Source: the human T2T-CHM13v2.0 reference genome, Homo sapiens. Taken from it: a stretch of 64,000 nt of DNA. Position 1 is the first letter of the stretch; the number at the start of each line of letters is the position of its first letter. The stretch lies in NCBI RefSeq assembly GCF_009914755.1, contig NC_060933.1. One strand, given 5' to 3'. The position numbers and the translations under genes were made by a program. Below, in pieces: positions 1 through 13,764 of this stretch. Below the pieces are notes generated by a model that worked only from the letters and a program-made list of their open reading frames with translations, was not told where the DNA came from and did no database searches.

Positions 1-137
1 TTCTTAGACATAAAGCTGCAAAATTTTCAAGAAGACCTTTTGACATGTGAATTTATACCCATAACAAAGGTATTAGCTACTAATAGTATGAAGTCGTCAT
101 GATTGGCAGAATGTTTATAAGTAGTTTTATCTAACTT

Positions 138-561
138 TGCTATAGTTTGTTTTGTTTCAGTCCTCCAAATCTCATGTTGAAATTTGATCCCTACTGTTGT
201 AGGTGGAGCCTAATGTGATGTGTTTGGGTCACGAGGGTGGATCTTTCACTAATGGCTTGGTACTGTCCTTGAGGTTGATGAGCGAGTTCTTGCTCTATTA
301 GTCCCCCAGAGAGCTGGTTGTTAAAAAGAGGCCCCACCTCCCCCTTCTCTTGCTCCCTCTTTCTTGCTGTGTGATCTCTGCACATGCCTGCTCTTGTTTG
401 CTTTCTGTCATAAAAGAAAGCAGCCTGAAACCCTCATGAGAAGCAGATGCAGGTGCCTTGCTTCTTGTACAGCCTGCAGAATGGTGAGCCAAATAAACCT
501 CTTTTCTTTATGAATTACACAGCCTCAGGTATTTATAGCAACACACAAGTGAACTAACACA
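138..561 (+). mobile_element. MSTB-type MaLR solo LTR
   Basis: TG...CA ends, typical MST text (ctcatgttgaaatttgatcc ... agccaaataaacctcttttcttta), near-TSD aactt/cactt. Confidence 0.9.
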
Positions 562-888
562 CACTTTATTTCATCTTTTAAATTTTCTAAATTTGCTGCG
601 TATAAGATGTATAAATAAGTATCTATATTTCTGGAATGCTTGCTAAACATTTATTGATGGCATGCTGAATTAAAAATGCTTGAAGATCACTGTATGTGAG
701 AATGCATTTTAAAAAGAGTTGCTGTAGTGATTCCCCAAGGAGTGCTCTATAAAGTGTATGTGTGTTTATTACCTTATATGTCATATTTAGGTGTAAATTT
801 CATGTACACAGTTTGCAATTGCTAAATTCCTGTGCCTTTCAATGAATTCTTCTACAGGTTGGTCATGGAATTTTCTGTTCTTCCATGG

Positions 889-1432
889 TGTGGAAATATG
901 TGAAGACCAACCAAAAGCAGAGACTCTTTATTCAGAGATTGTTATAGCAAGGGAGTCAGCTACCATTGCCTGCATTTTAGCAAAGACTTAAAGGCAGGAA
1001 GAAGGGTAGGAAAGCTCTATAGTGGAAAAAAGGGAAGGGTTCAGGTATATTCTGACTGACGGTTGTTGGCATGGGGAAGTTGGTAGGCAGGCTAACTAGA
1101 AGTGGGGCATCCTATGTGATTGGTTAGGGGTACGTATTTGGCTTTGTCTGGTTGATCTTAAGTTAGAAATGGGGACAGAAATGAGGGAAGCTGTCAGGTT
1201 AACCAAATTCTTGCCATTTTTTGCTGTTATAGAAGTTATCATTAAGCTTCTTGGATTGTTACTAGAGATAGGAGTCTGACTTCCTACAAGTCTGATTTAT
1301 ATTAGGCTGGCTTCCTGGATTGCTTTTGATAGGTAAAGAGTTGGTTTCCTGGGCAGGTTGCTTCAGGTTGTGGGTCAGCATTCTACTTTTACTTATGGTC
1401 CAGCCATTGTCCATTTGTATATTTATCTCTCA
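889..1432 (-). mobile_element. ERV1 solo LTR, MER90/MER90a-like
   Basis: Reverse complement starts tgagagataaatatacaaatggacaatgg, contains ccaatcacataggatgccccacttctagttagcc, TATA-like ctatagag and aataaa, ends ttccaca; resembles recalled MER90 consensus. Confidence 0.7.
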
Positions 1433-2617
1433 GTGCCTGTTTAGTTTTATGATGCTCCCTCTATGACTCTGCTTAAAAATGCCTTCCAAGATTTTGCATT
1501 AGTACTTTCTGTTTTGACAGTTTGCTAAAAATTATACAAAATGATTTAAAATAATTTCCACCTTCTGAATGTTGCACAACGAAGACAATAGCGCTGAAAT
1601 CACTGCTCTGGATACTGCTGGGTGCATGTTAATTCTTTCCAGCCTTTGGGGAAGTAGATCTACAGCATCTATAAAGCTCTGTTCCAGAGGGTCTCTGGGG
1701 TCTTCCTAATGCTGGGCCTAAGTAGAATAAGTGTGCTAAAAAAAATTAAGTATATTCCACTCACAGGTGCCCAGCTTCAACTATAAAGATGTTTATTCCA
1801 AAAGGCAAAGTTCTTCTCATTTTCTTAGGATAAATGTATCAAATTGAGATAAAAATTATATTGCTTATTAAGAAAAAAGAACATTTTAAAAATACCAATT
1901 TTAAAATCTATTGAAATCACCATGCACCTTGGTTCTTAAACAAGTATTTATTAAATTTTATTAAATATATTAAAAGTTTTAGCAATACTTTCTCATGAAA
2001 GGGAATTTGGAGCAAACAGAACAGTGAAAAGAAGATAAAAAGAGTTATGAAACCCAAAGGAATTCAGCGTTATTTGAAAGTATTTCCTTCTAGTCTTTTT
2101 TTTTCTAGGTAAAGAATTTAAAAATAACATGTAAATAGAGCCATCGTTTTCCAAGTTTTGTTTTTTTTTTTTGTCTTCTTGCTCACTTCAACATATAGAG
2201 CATTCTGTTCTTACAAAAAAGTTCTACAAAGCATTCCCTGTAATTCTGCCCCATTCATCTTATACTCCTTATCTGGCTTAAGTGAGAAAATAAGAGGAGA
2301 AGGTAGCAGCTCACTTGCTAGAAAACCACATTGAATTGTGTCATTGTGTTTCTGTTCCCCAACCTGTAGACTCAGGAGGAATTAAGGGGAAATGATGTGA
2401 TTAGCCTCTTTTCTATATAAGCCAAAAAAGATACATGCATATTCTATTAAGACTTCCCTGCTCTATCCTTCCCCTCTCCTACTGTTTCCACAGCAGCATG
2501 GGTCCTGAGGCTCACTTGTCTGACACCGCACAAAAGGAAAGAGGTAGTTGTACATTGATTCAAAAAGGGTGTGAAAATACCTGTATTATATGGGAAGACA
2601 TAATATGCTTATAAGTA

Positions 2618-3193
<576 letters not shown>

Positions 3194-4112
3194 TTAACCA
3201 TCTCTAAGGAGGTGGTCAATATCTATCAACAGCCGTGGAGAAAGGGAACCATTCTTCTCCATGGGCCAGATAATTCTTTACCAGCACGTCTCTGAAAGAA
3301 GGGGTTTAGGTAGTGATTGTTAATGCCCTTTGGAGATAGGGTGGGGCAGGATGAGGGTGGGTTCGTGGATCAAGTATTATACTCTAATCTGGTTACCTTG
3401 TATAACACAGGAGACCTCACTACCAAAGCATTAGGTGAGGAGACAGGATTCTAAAACTTGTAGAAGTGAATTTCATGGAAATTTTGATTTTTTGTTATGT
3501 ACAGATTAAAAAGGAACTTCAGAGTTATGTTTGTCACCCAGAGTTAATAAACATCTGGCCTCTATTTAGTCTTGGTCATCAGTCTTAACACCAAAAGGCA
3601 AATGTCAACTTAAGGCAACAACTGAAAAAGCATTCCACAGTTCTCTGTACTACTTTTCTTCTCTAACATCTGTCCTTTCTCGCCTTCATTGTCCACAACC
3701 CATAGCTATCACCTTTATAGGAATCCTCTCCCCCACCTCAATTCTCTTTGCTCCCTGTCTCTTGCATTTCACAGAATAGGCTACTCCTCAATATGGAAAT
3801 AATGACATTCAGAGAACTCTTTGCACTTTGCCAATTTTACACTCTATCTGCTCAGTGAATGCCAAAGCTTCTCTACCTCCTGATTTCTGCTGCCTCTGTA
3901 GAGGTCTTGAGGGGCGAGAAGATAAAAGGGGAGTCAAACTTTTGACTCTGGACTGTAGTTAGAGTTTATCTAATTTTTGTTACTTTTCTTATGGTCTGCT
4001 TGATAATTTTTCTTTTCTCTTTCTCAATATTTTTATCTTATGCAATGGGAATTAATAATCTTGACTTAGATCATATAATAAGAGAGCATTATTCATTCTT
4101 CTTGCTTGCTCT

Positions 4113-4300
4113 AGGAATGTATAGAACAAAGCTTTCCTACAATGATGGAACATGAAGGGCACCTGCCCAAATCATTTCTCATTTTATTAATCCATAGGAG
4201 TTTCTAGAATGCTGCCCTAGTCTGGTAATTCTGAAAAGAGTTTCCATGAATATTCAGGAAGATTATCCTACTAGTATAATGGTAATTGTTAAGTATTTTC
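4113..4300 (+). repeat. Diverged direct repeat, copy 1 (partner 5476-5642)
   Basis: Shares agaacaaagctttcctaca, cctgcccaaatca, ccatagga, aggaagRttatcct, taagtattt in the same order with 5476-5642. Confidence 0.8.
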
Positions 4301-5475
4301 TATGTTAGAATATTATTAACATCTTTTGTTTCAGATTATATCCCATTCCATCCACATTAAATAATTTGCTAAACATTTCAAATCATAGCTAATTTTAGGT
4401 TGTGGCCAATTAAATCATTATACGTAAAACTTCTCTGAACATCTTGGCATCCCAGAACAGAAAAAGTTTTCTAATAAAAAGAGGCCCTGCAAATACATAG
4501 TTCTTTTATCTTTTCCTTTTTACTGATCTTTAAAAATCGACATAATACATTTTTCAGTATTATGTTATTAAAAATAATCCAATTAATATGTTTCATTATA
4601 ATACCAAAGGTCAATGAATACTTATTCCCTCCACCTTGTCTTTCTATTTGTGTATTGTGTTAGTATTTAATAGAACATGTTAGTGAAACTTAATTTCTTA
4701 TTTATTAAATTAAAAGTACATTCTTTTAATTGAAAATTAGTTAATGTGGCAGTTAAATAGTGAAATGTTAATTTGAAGAAATAGACTGAATTATGTGATT
4801 ACTTTCTTGAATATATTTTCTGAATTGCTTACAAACCGAAAGATATTATATTAAATTCTTCTCCAAAGGATTACACCAATGGGTAATTTCAAAATCTGAA
4901 CCAATTTATGTAAAAATAGAAATAAATTAAGATTCTGTTTTGAATCATCTATAAAATAAAAAGGAATTATTATTACTTCAAAATTTTTATACCCATTAAC
5001 ACTTCTAGTAAAAGTGCTTAATCTCTGCATATTTCCTTATAAAACTTAGTTTAATTTTTGAGAAACCTGGCCAATAAATATAGAGAGTGGGAAAGTAAAT
5101 CATTTTTAGGTTTTAATTTGACACCTAATCAAATATGTAATGATCATCTGTGTTGCACAGAATAAAAAGAAATGCGAGGTAAACTCACTGCATTCAAAGA
5201 ATAGTCAAAATGAAAGAGGCAAAACATAGACTTTTACAATGTTAATTAATTTATCTAAACCTCAATTTAATTGGAGAATTGGACCATCTGAGTGTCACAA
5301 GTAATACTATATAAACACAAAAATTTTAATCAAATTTGATGATGAAGTATAATTTGATAAACAGCCTAATTGTTTTGGGAGTGGGCTAGGGAGTGTGTCA
5401 GGGAGAACTCCTGAGAGACAAGGGATTTTTATTCTATCCAAACCTCCCTCATCAGTGGCTACATGGAGAACCCAT

Positions 5476-5642
5476 GGAAGGTGTGTAAAGAACAAAGCTT
5501 TCCTACATGGACAAACTATGAAGCATGTCCTGCCCAAATCACTGTTCTTTTCATCAAGCCATAGGATGGCAATTGTGCAAGGGAGTTCCACAACTATTTA
5601 GGAAGGTTATCCTGCAAATATAACACAGACCATAAGTATTTC
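5476..5642 (+). repeat. Diverged direct repeat, copy 2 (partner 4113-4300)
   Basis: Collinear shared blocks with copy 1; lacks a ~23-bp block present in copy 1. Confidence 0.8.
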
Positions 5643-5844
5643 ACGATCTGCAGCTTCTCCAAATCAGTTTGGAGCACACGAGTCCTGGTCAGTGAATAAT
5701 AATAATGGAAGACTATCTTCAGAGAAATATAGAAAATCTGACAGAGGTTATTGCAATTTAAGCAAAAGTACCATGAAATTTATATGACAAAGATGAACAA
5801 GCATAAGGAGCAAACTTCATTTTCACTGAGTGTAATGGGTTGAA

Positions 5845-6075
5845 TGGGTCAGATGCCAAGACAGATATACTAAGAAACATTGGGGAAAGTGTCCGGAATG
5901 ATAAAAAGGATAGGGAACAGATACAAGTGGAGAAAGCCTTCAGATCATAATAAAGGTTTGACACCTATGAAAGGAGAAAGGGAGGAAAAGAACATCACTT
6001 TGAAAGAGCCTCAGACTGCGGAACACACGGTGTTGGAGAAAATCTCAACCAGGCATAGAGCCAAATCAAGGCAGA
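5845..6075 (-). mobile_element. ERVL LTR fragment, LTR16-like
   Basis: gccttcagatc...tgacacctatgaaaggagaaagggagg...gagcctcagactgc resembles recalled LTR16C. Confidence 0.5.
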
Positions 6076-6217
6076 GGCTGACTGTGCCAACTCCAACCAT
6101 AAAGAATGAAGACATTTTAAGTAAGATCAAAAGTAAATTACACACGAAAGCTGCTTGATTTTGCAGTAGCAAAAAATTACAAAGGGAAAGGAAATATATT
6201 TTAAAGACAGATGATTG

Positions 6218-7033
6218 GGATTTCAGTTTCTGGCAATATGTGGCAGACTAGATGGAATAAAAATAACAATAACAAGAAAATCTTGGGCTATAAAACAGCT
6301 GAAACTGTTTGGTAAAATATAACAAAGGCATTTCTAAATGAAGAACTGAGCACTGCAGAAACTCAAAGGAGTCCTAGGGACCAAAGATGAAAAGGAGCCT
6401 GAGGAACTGAGCTGAATGTGGGAGTTAACTTTTGACTGCCTTGGGTTGGAGGTGGAGTGCTGGTTCTGAAAACTATGGGCATATATTTTAATGACCACCA
6501 GGAAGACAAGAGGAGCTGAATCTCTGGTCTATGTAAGGAATGGAAATAGAAGAGAAATGGACTTTATCTTAAATCTCGACATATAGAAGCCTAACAAGAA
6601 TTACCCAAATGACAATGGTGTAGGGGAAGCCAACTAAGAAAATGTAAAGAAATGAATACCAAACTACAAAGCTACCTATCAGCCCAAGGAGAGGGGGAGA
6701 ACAATCTTGTTTTTTGACTTGTGTTCTTGGTGGGGGGAAAAAGTGTGATTTCATAATTATGGCTCTACACTCAAGTAGGTTTGTTACACTACTTTTACAA
6801 TTTTGTAATCTGCAAGTCAAGAATTTATGGTCAACATCAGTCTGGGTCTGATGATATCTCTTGGTGGTCTGACAGAGGCAAACACAAAAGATCTGTAGGG
6901 GAATGTAGGATTGAGGAAGGCTGAATGGAAAGGAATGGGATAAGATACGCAACGGAAACATTAACCTGGAGTAAGCTGGTATAGCTACATTTAATTCTGG
7001 CCAAGAACATCTTTAGGGTTAAAAGGATTACTA
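6218..7033 (+). mobile_element. Old L1M fragments (5' region, then start of ORF2 endonuclease)
   Basis: ttctggcaatatgtggcagactag is typical of L1M 5' ends; aagctggtatagctacatttaattctggccaag resembles the ORF2 KAGVAILISDK region. Confidence 0.55.
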
Positions 7034-7158
7034 GACCTGGTGCAATGGCTCATGCCTGTAATTCTAACACTTTGGGAAGCTGAAGCAAGAGGACTGCTTG
7101 AGGTCAGGAGTTGGAGATCAGCCTGGACAACACAACGAGACACCATCTCTAAATACTA

Positions 7159-7205
<47 letters not shown>

Positions 7206-7383
7206 GCTACTACTACTAATAAATTAGCCGTGTGCTGTGGCATGTACCTGAGGTCCTAGCTGCTTAGGAGGCTGAGGCGAGAAGATCACTTGAGCCCAGG
7301 AATTCAAGGTTACAGTGAGCTGTGATCTCGTTGCTGTACTCTAACTTGGTTAACAGTTCAAGACCCCATCTCACAGAAAAAAA
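7034..7383 (+). mobile_element. AluJ with (TAC)n in the central linker
   Basis: Diverged dimer with J-type right arm (gatcacttgagcccaggaattcaaggttacagtgagc); linker expanded. Confidence 0.93.
7154..7217 (+). repeat. (TAC)~21 trinucleotide microsatellite
   Basis: Directly visible, two interruptions. Confidence 0.97.
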
Positions 7384-7389
7384 TTTCAG

Positions 7390-8125
7390 GAGATAATATG
7401 TGCTATGAAAAATAATGAAATAGTGTCAGAGGAGAAAGAAAAACAATACAGGGGTATTACTTTTCATAGGGTGGTGAAAGAAAGCTTTTAAAAATACGAT
7501 GACATTTGAGCTAAGGCCCAAAGGAAGGGCAGGAATAAGCAATGTAAACATATGAAGGAAGATCTTTCACAGCATAGGGATTACCAAGTGCAATGTCCTT
7601 CAGGTAAGAGTATGCCTAATGTGTTCATGGGACACCGAGGAAGCCAGTGTGATAGGAGTGGAGTTTATCGTGCAGAAAGTGGCAAGAAATAATGTCCAAA
7701 AAGTCACAGGGGTCAGATTATGGAGACCTTGATGGCCATTTTAGCAATTTTGGATTTTATTTTTCAGGGTGAAATGGAAAGTCTTTGTGTGTTTTGTTTT
7801 AAAAGACTTACTTGGGCTGTAGTACAGAGTTTGGACTGTTTGGAGGGCAAGGAAAGAAGCAGAAAGACCAGTCTGAGTGCTATTGCAGTGGTCCAGATGA
7901 GACACAACTGTGGCTTGGACCACTGGAGGTGAGGAGAAGGAATCGGGTTCTGGGTAAATTTCAAAATAGAGTCCATGGGATTTGATGTGAGAGAAAAAGG
8001 GGAATGCAGATAATAACCTCACGAATTCTAATTTGAGAACCGGAAAAATAAGAGTTGTCAGTTACTGAGAAGGAGAACAGCAGAGAAGTAGCAGGTATGG
8101 GTGAGAAAATTAAAAGTTGGACATG
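7390..8125 (-). mobile_element. LINE-2 3' portion
   Basis: gacatttgagctaaggccc, gaagccagtgtg etc.; minus ORF 7741-8022 contains VVQATVVSHLDHCNS, like the L2 ORF2 LVQATIISHLDYCNS motif. Confidence 0.85.
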
Positions 8126-8129
8126 AATA

Positions 8130-8470
8130 CCTAATAAAGAAAATGATGTAATTTCAAGGAGCAGAGGATAATTTAACAGTCATAGTGTGGATTGTAATAT
8201 ACTTTTCCCTTTAATGTACTGATCAAGTAGACAAAACTTCAAGTATAAAAGATCTGAACAGTGCCATTAAGAGGTTTTATTTAATGAAAATATATAGACT
8301 CCTGCAAGCCATGGTGTCTTTTAAAATGTGCATACAACATTTACAAAAACTGTCCACGTACTGGACCAGAAAACAAGACTCAACAAATTTCAAAGGATTG
8401 GTAATCCACAGATTACTTTAACCACAACACAATCAAGGAATAAATCAACAGCAAAAGAGAACTAAGGGAT
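8130..8470 (+). mobile_element. Old L1M ORF2 endonuclease fragment
   Basis: gatcaagtagacaaaa, aagatctgaaca, acaagactcaacaaatttcaaaggattg, accacaacacaatcaag are L1 EN-domain hallmarks. Confidence 0.7.
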
Positions 8471-10339
8471 AATTAAAAGAAAGATAGCAGGCTGGAAAGA
8501 AAAGGACTTTAGAAAAATGAAGTATCACTAACAGTATTTTCAAGAAGCTGTAGCTGTGTCTGAACAAGCTCAATGTCTTTGGTTATATCTGGGGTTGGGA
8601 TAGGCTTTTCATCTCACCTGTTCGTGATTAGGAGTTCCCTTGAACAAGGCTAATTTTGGTTTTCTTCAGGAACAAGTCAGGGATCCCTGTAACTTGGGCA
8701 ATTCACTTCAGGGTGATTCATTTCTTGGAATTTGTAAATCTCTTAAGAATTTTTTTCTTCTTACACTTGTCCTAAAATCCACATCATTTTAGCTTTCCAA
8801 AAGTAGCTATGGTCGTTGGACCCACCAACCTTTTTCTGTACAGGCTTGAGTGTCTGGATGGTTCTTGGAATGCTAAAGTTGTCCTGAATTCAAAGATATG
8901 GCAGAAGACAGGGGCCTCCTTGGGTGATTCTGCTCTAGGTGTCAAGGACTTATCCTTCCCTGCTGTGTAACTGGCACACATGGTTGTGTTAGGAAACCAG
9001 CCATGAGCTGGTCCTGACTTGCATAGCTCCCTTAAGCTACTGTGACCATCTTAGAAACATGCACCAACAATGCATAAAGTGAAGCTCTGTAGCTTCCTGC
9101 GATGCCTGGTCCTCTTTCCGAACTTACCCCTGCTCAGCTCCAGCTCTTCACTTCTGCTTCTGGTCTTTCTGGCTGTGGACTTTCCTCTTCATACCCCATA
9201 GGGTAGATACTGTTGTGTTTCCACATATAACATTGAAACATCCATTGATTGGCTTCATGTGTTTGATTTTTATTGTTCCTTTATACCATGTTTTTCTTCA
9301 ATTAAACATCCCTCTCTAGGTAGTTTCAGTCCAGTGTAGGAATCTGTCTCCAGTACTCCCGGGACCTGGGCTGAAGGTGAAGAGCTCACAGCAGACAGAC
9401 TGGAATCAGGGCCTATGCAGATTGGGATAGTTATTCTATAGTTTTCTAATTAGGGTTTTTTTCCTGACTATAAAAGTAACAAGTAATTGTAGGAAATTGA
9501 AAAATAAAAAGAACATAAAGAAGAAATTAAGCACTCTTCTAAGTCAGTGGGTATCCCTTGTTCAGTGGGTATTCCACTTCTAACACTCAGGGGTATCCTT
9601 TGTTAGCATTTTGGTGCATGGTGTTAACAGTTCCTACTGAAGCTTTCTATGCATATAAATTACTAAATGAATGGATTTTTAAAAGAATTTAATTATACTC
9701 TGTGTACAGAGCTTTAGGCTACTTTTTTTCTTTAACATAAATGCATATTACCCCAAGTTTATAAAAATCTTCATAAACACAATTTTAAATGCTTGTTTAA
9801 TATTTAAGCATATGTATAGCCTTTACACTTAATATTTTGTTGATAATTTTAAAATTTGTGTTATTTTTTTCCTGGGAGGCTTGTATTTTTCCTGATGAAA
9901 CAATGACATTTGCTAGTATTATTTATTTTTTATCATATTTTCTAAAGTCAGTGTCTTAGATATCTAATTATTTTCCTTTCAAAAAAGGAATAATGAACAC
10001 TGGTATTCTTAAAGGAAATATAATTTTACCTTTGTGAAAGAATTCAATTATTTGAGTTTCCTATCATGAGTAAATTAGCTTTGGATATTTTTAAAGATTC
10101 AGGGTCTTATTAACTTAACAGAGTAACAACTAAATCTCCAAATCCTTTAGGAATGAGACATAATATCTCAGGAAGGCCAGAAAAGCAAAATTTCAGCTTC
10201 ACTTTCCATTTCTAGGGATAGTAAAAATCACACTTCTAAAAATATTCCAAATGCTTCCGGACCAACAAATATCTCCTTTTATAAATGATTATAAACTTGA
10301 ACAGAATAATTTTTCATTTCATCTCTTTATCTCCACAAT

Positions 10340-10500
10340 ATTCAGCCCAAGCTCCACCATTTGCTGGTTGTGAGTTTTTGGACAAATTATTGAATCTCCC
10401 TAATCCTCAGTTTCCTCATGTATAAAAGGAGTAATAATTGTACCTTCCTCATTGGGCTGTGGTAAGGATTAAACATACTATGCACGGTGGCTAGCCTGGA
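10340..10500 (+). mobile_element. MIR
   Basis: Core cctcagtttcctcatgtataaaaggagtaataattgtacc. Confidence 0.8.
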
Positions 10501-10551
10501 TCATTGAATTTTAGATATTATTAATATTGTTGTTATATTATTGGTGGACAT

Positions 10552-10736
10552 AGCCAAACATGATAGTTAATATTGTGGACTCTGGTGTAAGGGTTGTTGG
10601 TTCAAACTTGGCCTGCCACTTACTAGTTCTGTGGCCTTGGAAAGGCATGTAACCTCTTATGCCTCAGTTTCTCATTTGCAAAAAGGATATAATAATATTA
10701 TCTACCCCATGGCATTTTTATGAGGAGATATATATA

Positions 10737-10767
<31 letters not shown>

Positions 10768-10830
10768 GTGTGTGTATATATATATATGTATAGATAGATT
10801 GATAGCACTGAGAACAATGTCTACTAATTG
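10552..10830 (+). mobile_element. MIR interrupted by microsatellite
   Basis: ggttcaaacttggcctgccacttactag...gcctcagtttctcatttgcaaaaagg. Confidence 0.8.
10728..10803. repeat. Compound (AT)n(GT)n(AT)n(GT)n(AT)n plus (ATAG) microsatellite
   Basis: Directly visible. Confidence 0.97.
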
Positions 10831-11697
10831 CTATCTAAGTGATTGTTTGACTGAAATAAAATGCATAATACATTTTTAAAGCAAAAAGTGAATGGTGTAA
10901 TTATAAAACAAACTAAATCATGTCACTCCATCTTCTTACATGTGCCAATATTTGTTTTTCTCTGGAGTGTTCAGTAACCAGCTGAACTGCAAAATCTGAG
11001 ATTGTTAGCCTGAAGGGTCCTCAACTTGACCAATATCCAAGGAAGCACTTGTAGCACTGGTAGGGTGTGAGGTTACTGCTTCAGAATCATCAACATCTGA
11101 GATGAGTCAGCGGATGCCTACTTTTAGATTCTTCAGTAGAGCCCACGAATAGTAGAGAAGTATCATGAATAGGTGGCCTTCTTTCTATATGTTTACGGGA
11201 CTATTGCCATTCTTTCAAGTACAGAAAGGTAGTTGTGGATTAGAGAGATGAATTTGCTTTTAGGAGATTCAATGTCTTGGACTGTTCCTGGGCAAAAAGG
11301 AGTTCATGTAGAAATGAAAGTTAAACAATGCGATTCCATTCCTCCTATACTAATACTCTTCATAAAGTATGACCCAATAGAGTAGAAGACTTTCAAGCAA
11401 AGGAATATTATTTTTCACAAGGCAAATGAACATTTGGATTATTTCCCTATGTTGTAGACATCTTAAGAGTTCTTCAGATGAGGTCCAAAGTGCAGCAGAA
11501 CATAATCATCCCACTTGGAAGACAGCCATGGAATGGGATGACTGAATAAATACTACCATCTAGCATCATTTCTCTCAGGCTTTAGTAGGATGTGGGCAAG
11601 ATTGGGGAGGCATTTCTTGCCAAAATCTAAAGTTAAACCCAGAGAGAAGGCAGTCTAGTTCAGGGGCCACTGTTCCTTCATTATGAACCTTCATGGA

Positions 11698-11909
11698 CTA
11701 TTATTTATTTATTTATTTAAATGATAGATTTAGGGAGTAAAAGTGCAGTTTTGTTACATGGAAATACCGCATAGTGGTGAAGTCTGGGCTTTTAGCCAGA
11801 ATAGTGTACATTGTACCCAATGCTAGTATTTCATCCCTCACCCCCACCATCCCACCATCGCACCCTGCCACGTCTCCAATGTCTATGATTCCACCCCCTG
11901 GGTCCATGT
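11698..11909 (-). mobile_element. L1PB-type (L1PB4-like) 3' end, 5'-truncated
   Basis: (TTTA)n tail, atagtggtgaagtctgggcttttag...gaatagtgtacattgtacccaa. Confidence 0.85.
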
Positions 11910-13312
11910 AATTTCATTGATTACTTTAAAATTGTATTTTAATTGGTAGGAGGCAGAGTTGGTTTTGAGCATCTATAATTTGAAAATGTGACTGGAAATG
12001 TGATAGTCAGTTTGCATGGATAGGAATATACTTTTGCTGCTGGCCTTTTCTTTAATATATTATTCTGCTGACAAATTAGGGCTATTAAAAATTCCTTGCA
12101 GTAGAGGCAGTTGATTATTTAAGGTAAGACTGTGGATACCTCTGTCAGCCTTTGACAGAAGACACAAACCATAATTCGCAACCTGTAATGTAAACCTTGA
12201 AACAACTGAGTAACTTAACAGACTTGAATCAAGCATAAACAATGAAGTGGTTTGAAAGGGTTGGTCTCCCTAAAATGTCACGTTCCATGGAAGAATGCTT
12301 TCTCTATTTGATCTGTCACTAGAGCTCTCAAAACATGACACTCCTTGAACACAATATACTTTCATGATAAACTAGATTAACTTTCCCAGTACAAGTGAAA
12401 GGCCACCTGTTGCCAGAATGGCCATATTCCTCGTTGGCTGTCTTGTAGCTGTCATCACTTCAATGCAATCTGCAGCCGACATGCTGGAATATAATGAATA
12501 TGTCAGAAGTTGGAGGTCAGCCATCCAAGTACATGAAAACTTGGCTCGCCTACAGTGTCAGCATGGAGGCCTCCCTATCATCTTGTGCAAAGGATTTCTG
12601 CACCACTTGATTTGTTTGCACAGGGTTTGTTGCTGTTGGATGGGGCGTATTTCTGAGAGGCTTTTTGACAGCCCATTCAAATATTTTCAGTGTGGAAAAA
12701 CAGGGCTTCTGGTTTCAAGCTCTTCAAATAATAGGTGTTGTGAAATGCTGTGGAAGCTGATGGTGGTGGGGATCTGTTGTTGGTTTTAGTGTAAAAACAC
12801 CCATAGAGACTGTTAGAAGTGTTTTGGTTGGAGTGGAGAGGAAGATGGGTTGGAAGATCAGAGCTACTGAGGAGATCTCAGTGGTGCTCAATTCCTACCT
12901 TCTCCTGCCCACCCTTCACTTTCAATGGTATTGGGTCATGTGGACCACAAGTTCTAGGCACTGGAAGGTATAAAATAGCACATCATTTGTAGTTATATGC
13001 TATACATTTACTATAGAGAGAGTGCAATATGCATCTGTTTTCCCAGGCCACAACGCTGAGGAATAATGAGAGGCTTTTGTTCACTCATGGCATGTCTGTT
13101 CTTTCCCTGTTTCTTCTCCCAGTAAAGTCTGCTTTGGCTAACAGCACCAGAAAGAGGCCCTCTGAAGTCTTGGTCAGTGTAATTAAAGGATCATGAGTAA
13201 TTCCACTGGCTGAAAGTAAGAGAGTTTAAAAGAAGTCTTAGCTGTTGTGAAATGTTTGCCCCAAACTTTTAAAGATGAACTAAAAGAATTCTGTCCTTAG
13301 CTGTAGCTAGGG

Positions 13313-13512
13313 CAGAATTTCTCAGCCTTGGCACTCTTGACATTTTGGATCAGATAACTCTTTGTTATTGGGGGCAGTCCTGTGCATTTTAGGATGTTTG
13401 GCACCTGCTCAGTCATGACAATGAAAATATCTTCACATGTCCCAAATTGAATATCCCAAATGTCCCCTGGGGCCCACTGTGGGGCAAAATTACCCTCAGT
13501 GCAGAACCACTA
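13313..13512. mobile_element. MER20 (hAT-Charlie MITE)
   Basis: ttctcagccttggcactcttgacattttgg...tcctgtgcattttaggatgttt...ggggcaaaattaccc...agaaccact. Confidence 0.85.
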
Positions 13513-13764
13513 AGTTAGGGGCATACAAAGATCCTAAAAGGATATTACATTGAAATATCATAAAGAAGCAAATTATATGCATAAACCCATCCTCCCAACT
13601 TTACCTCCTCAGTTTTAACATTGAAATATCAACTGAAAAGGAGGAGGATGTTTATTGTACTCTACCCCATAATTCACATTCATACATCCTAAGCGTGCAA
13701 GTTTGGGTGGCCAAGGATGCAAGATCATCTGTTTGTTTTGGTAATAGCAACAAGATTAGTTCTC

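Noticed and set aside
9544-9602. Three short cagtgggtat-like units, superficially array-like
   Set aside because: Too short and irregular; eukaryotic context, no cas genes.
12418-12789. 123-aa ATG-initiated ORF in non-repeat sequence
   Set aside because: No recognisable domain on either strand and no supporting promoter or splice context; length is compatible with chance.
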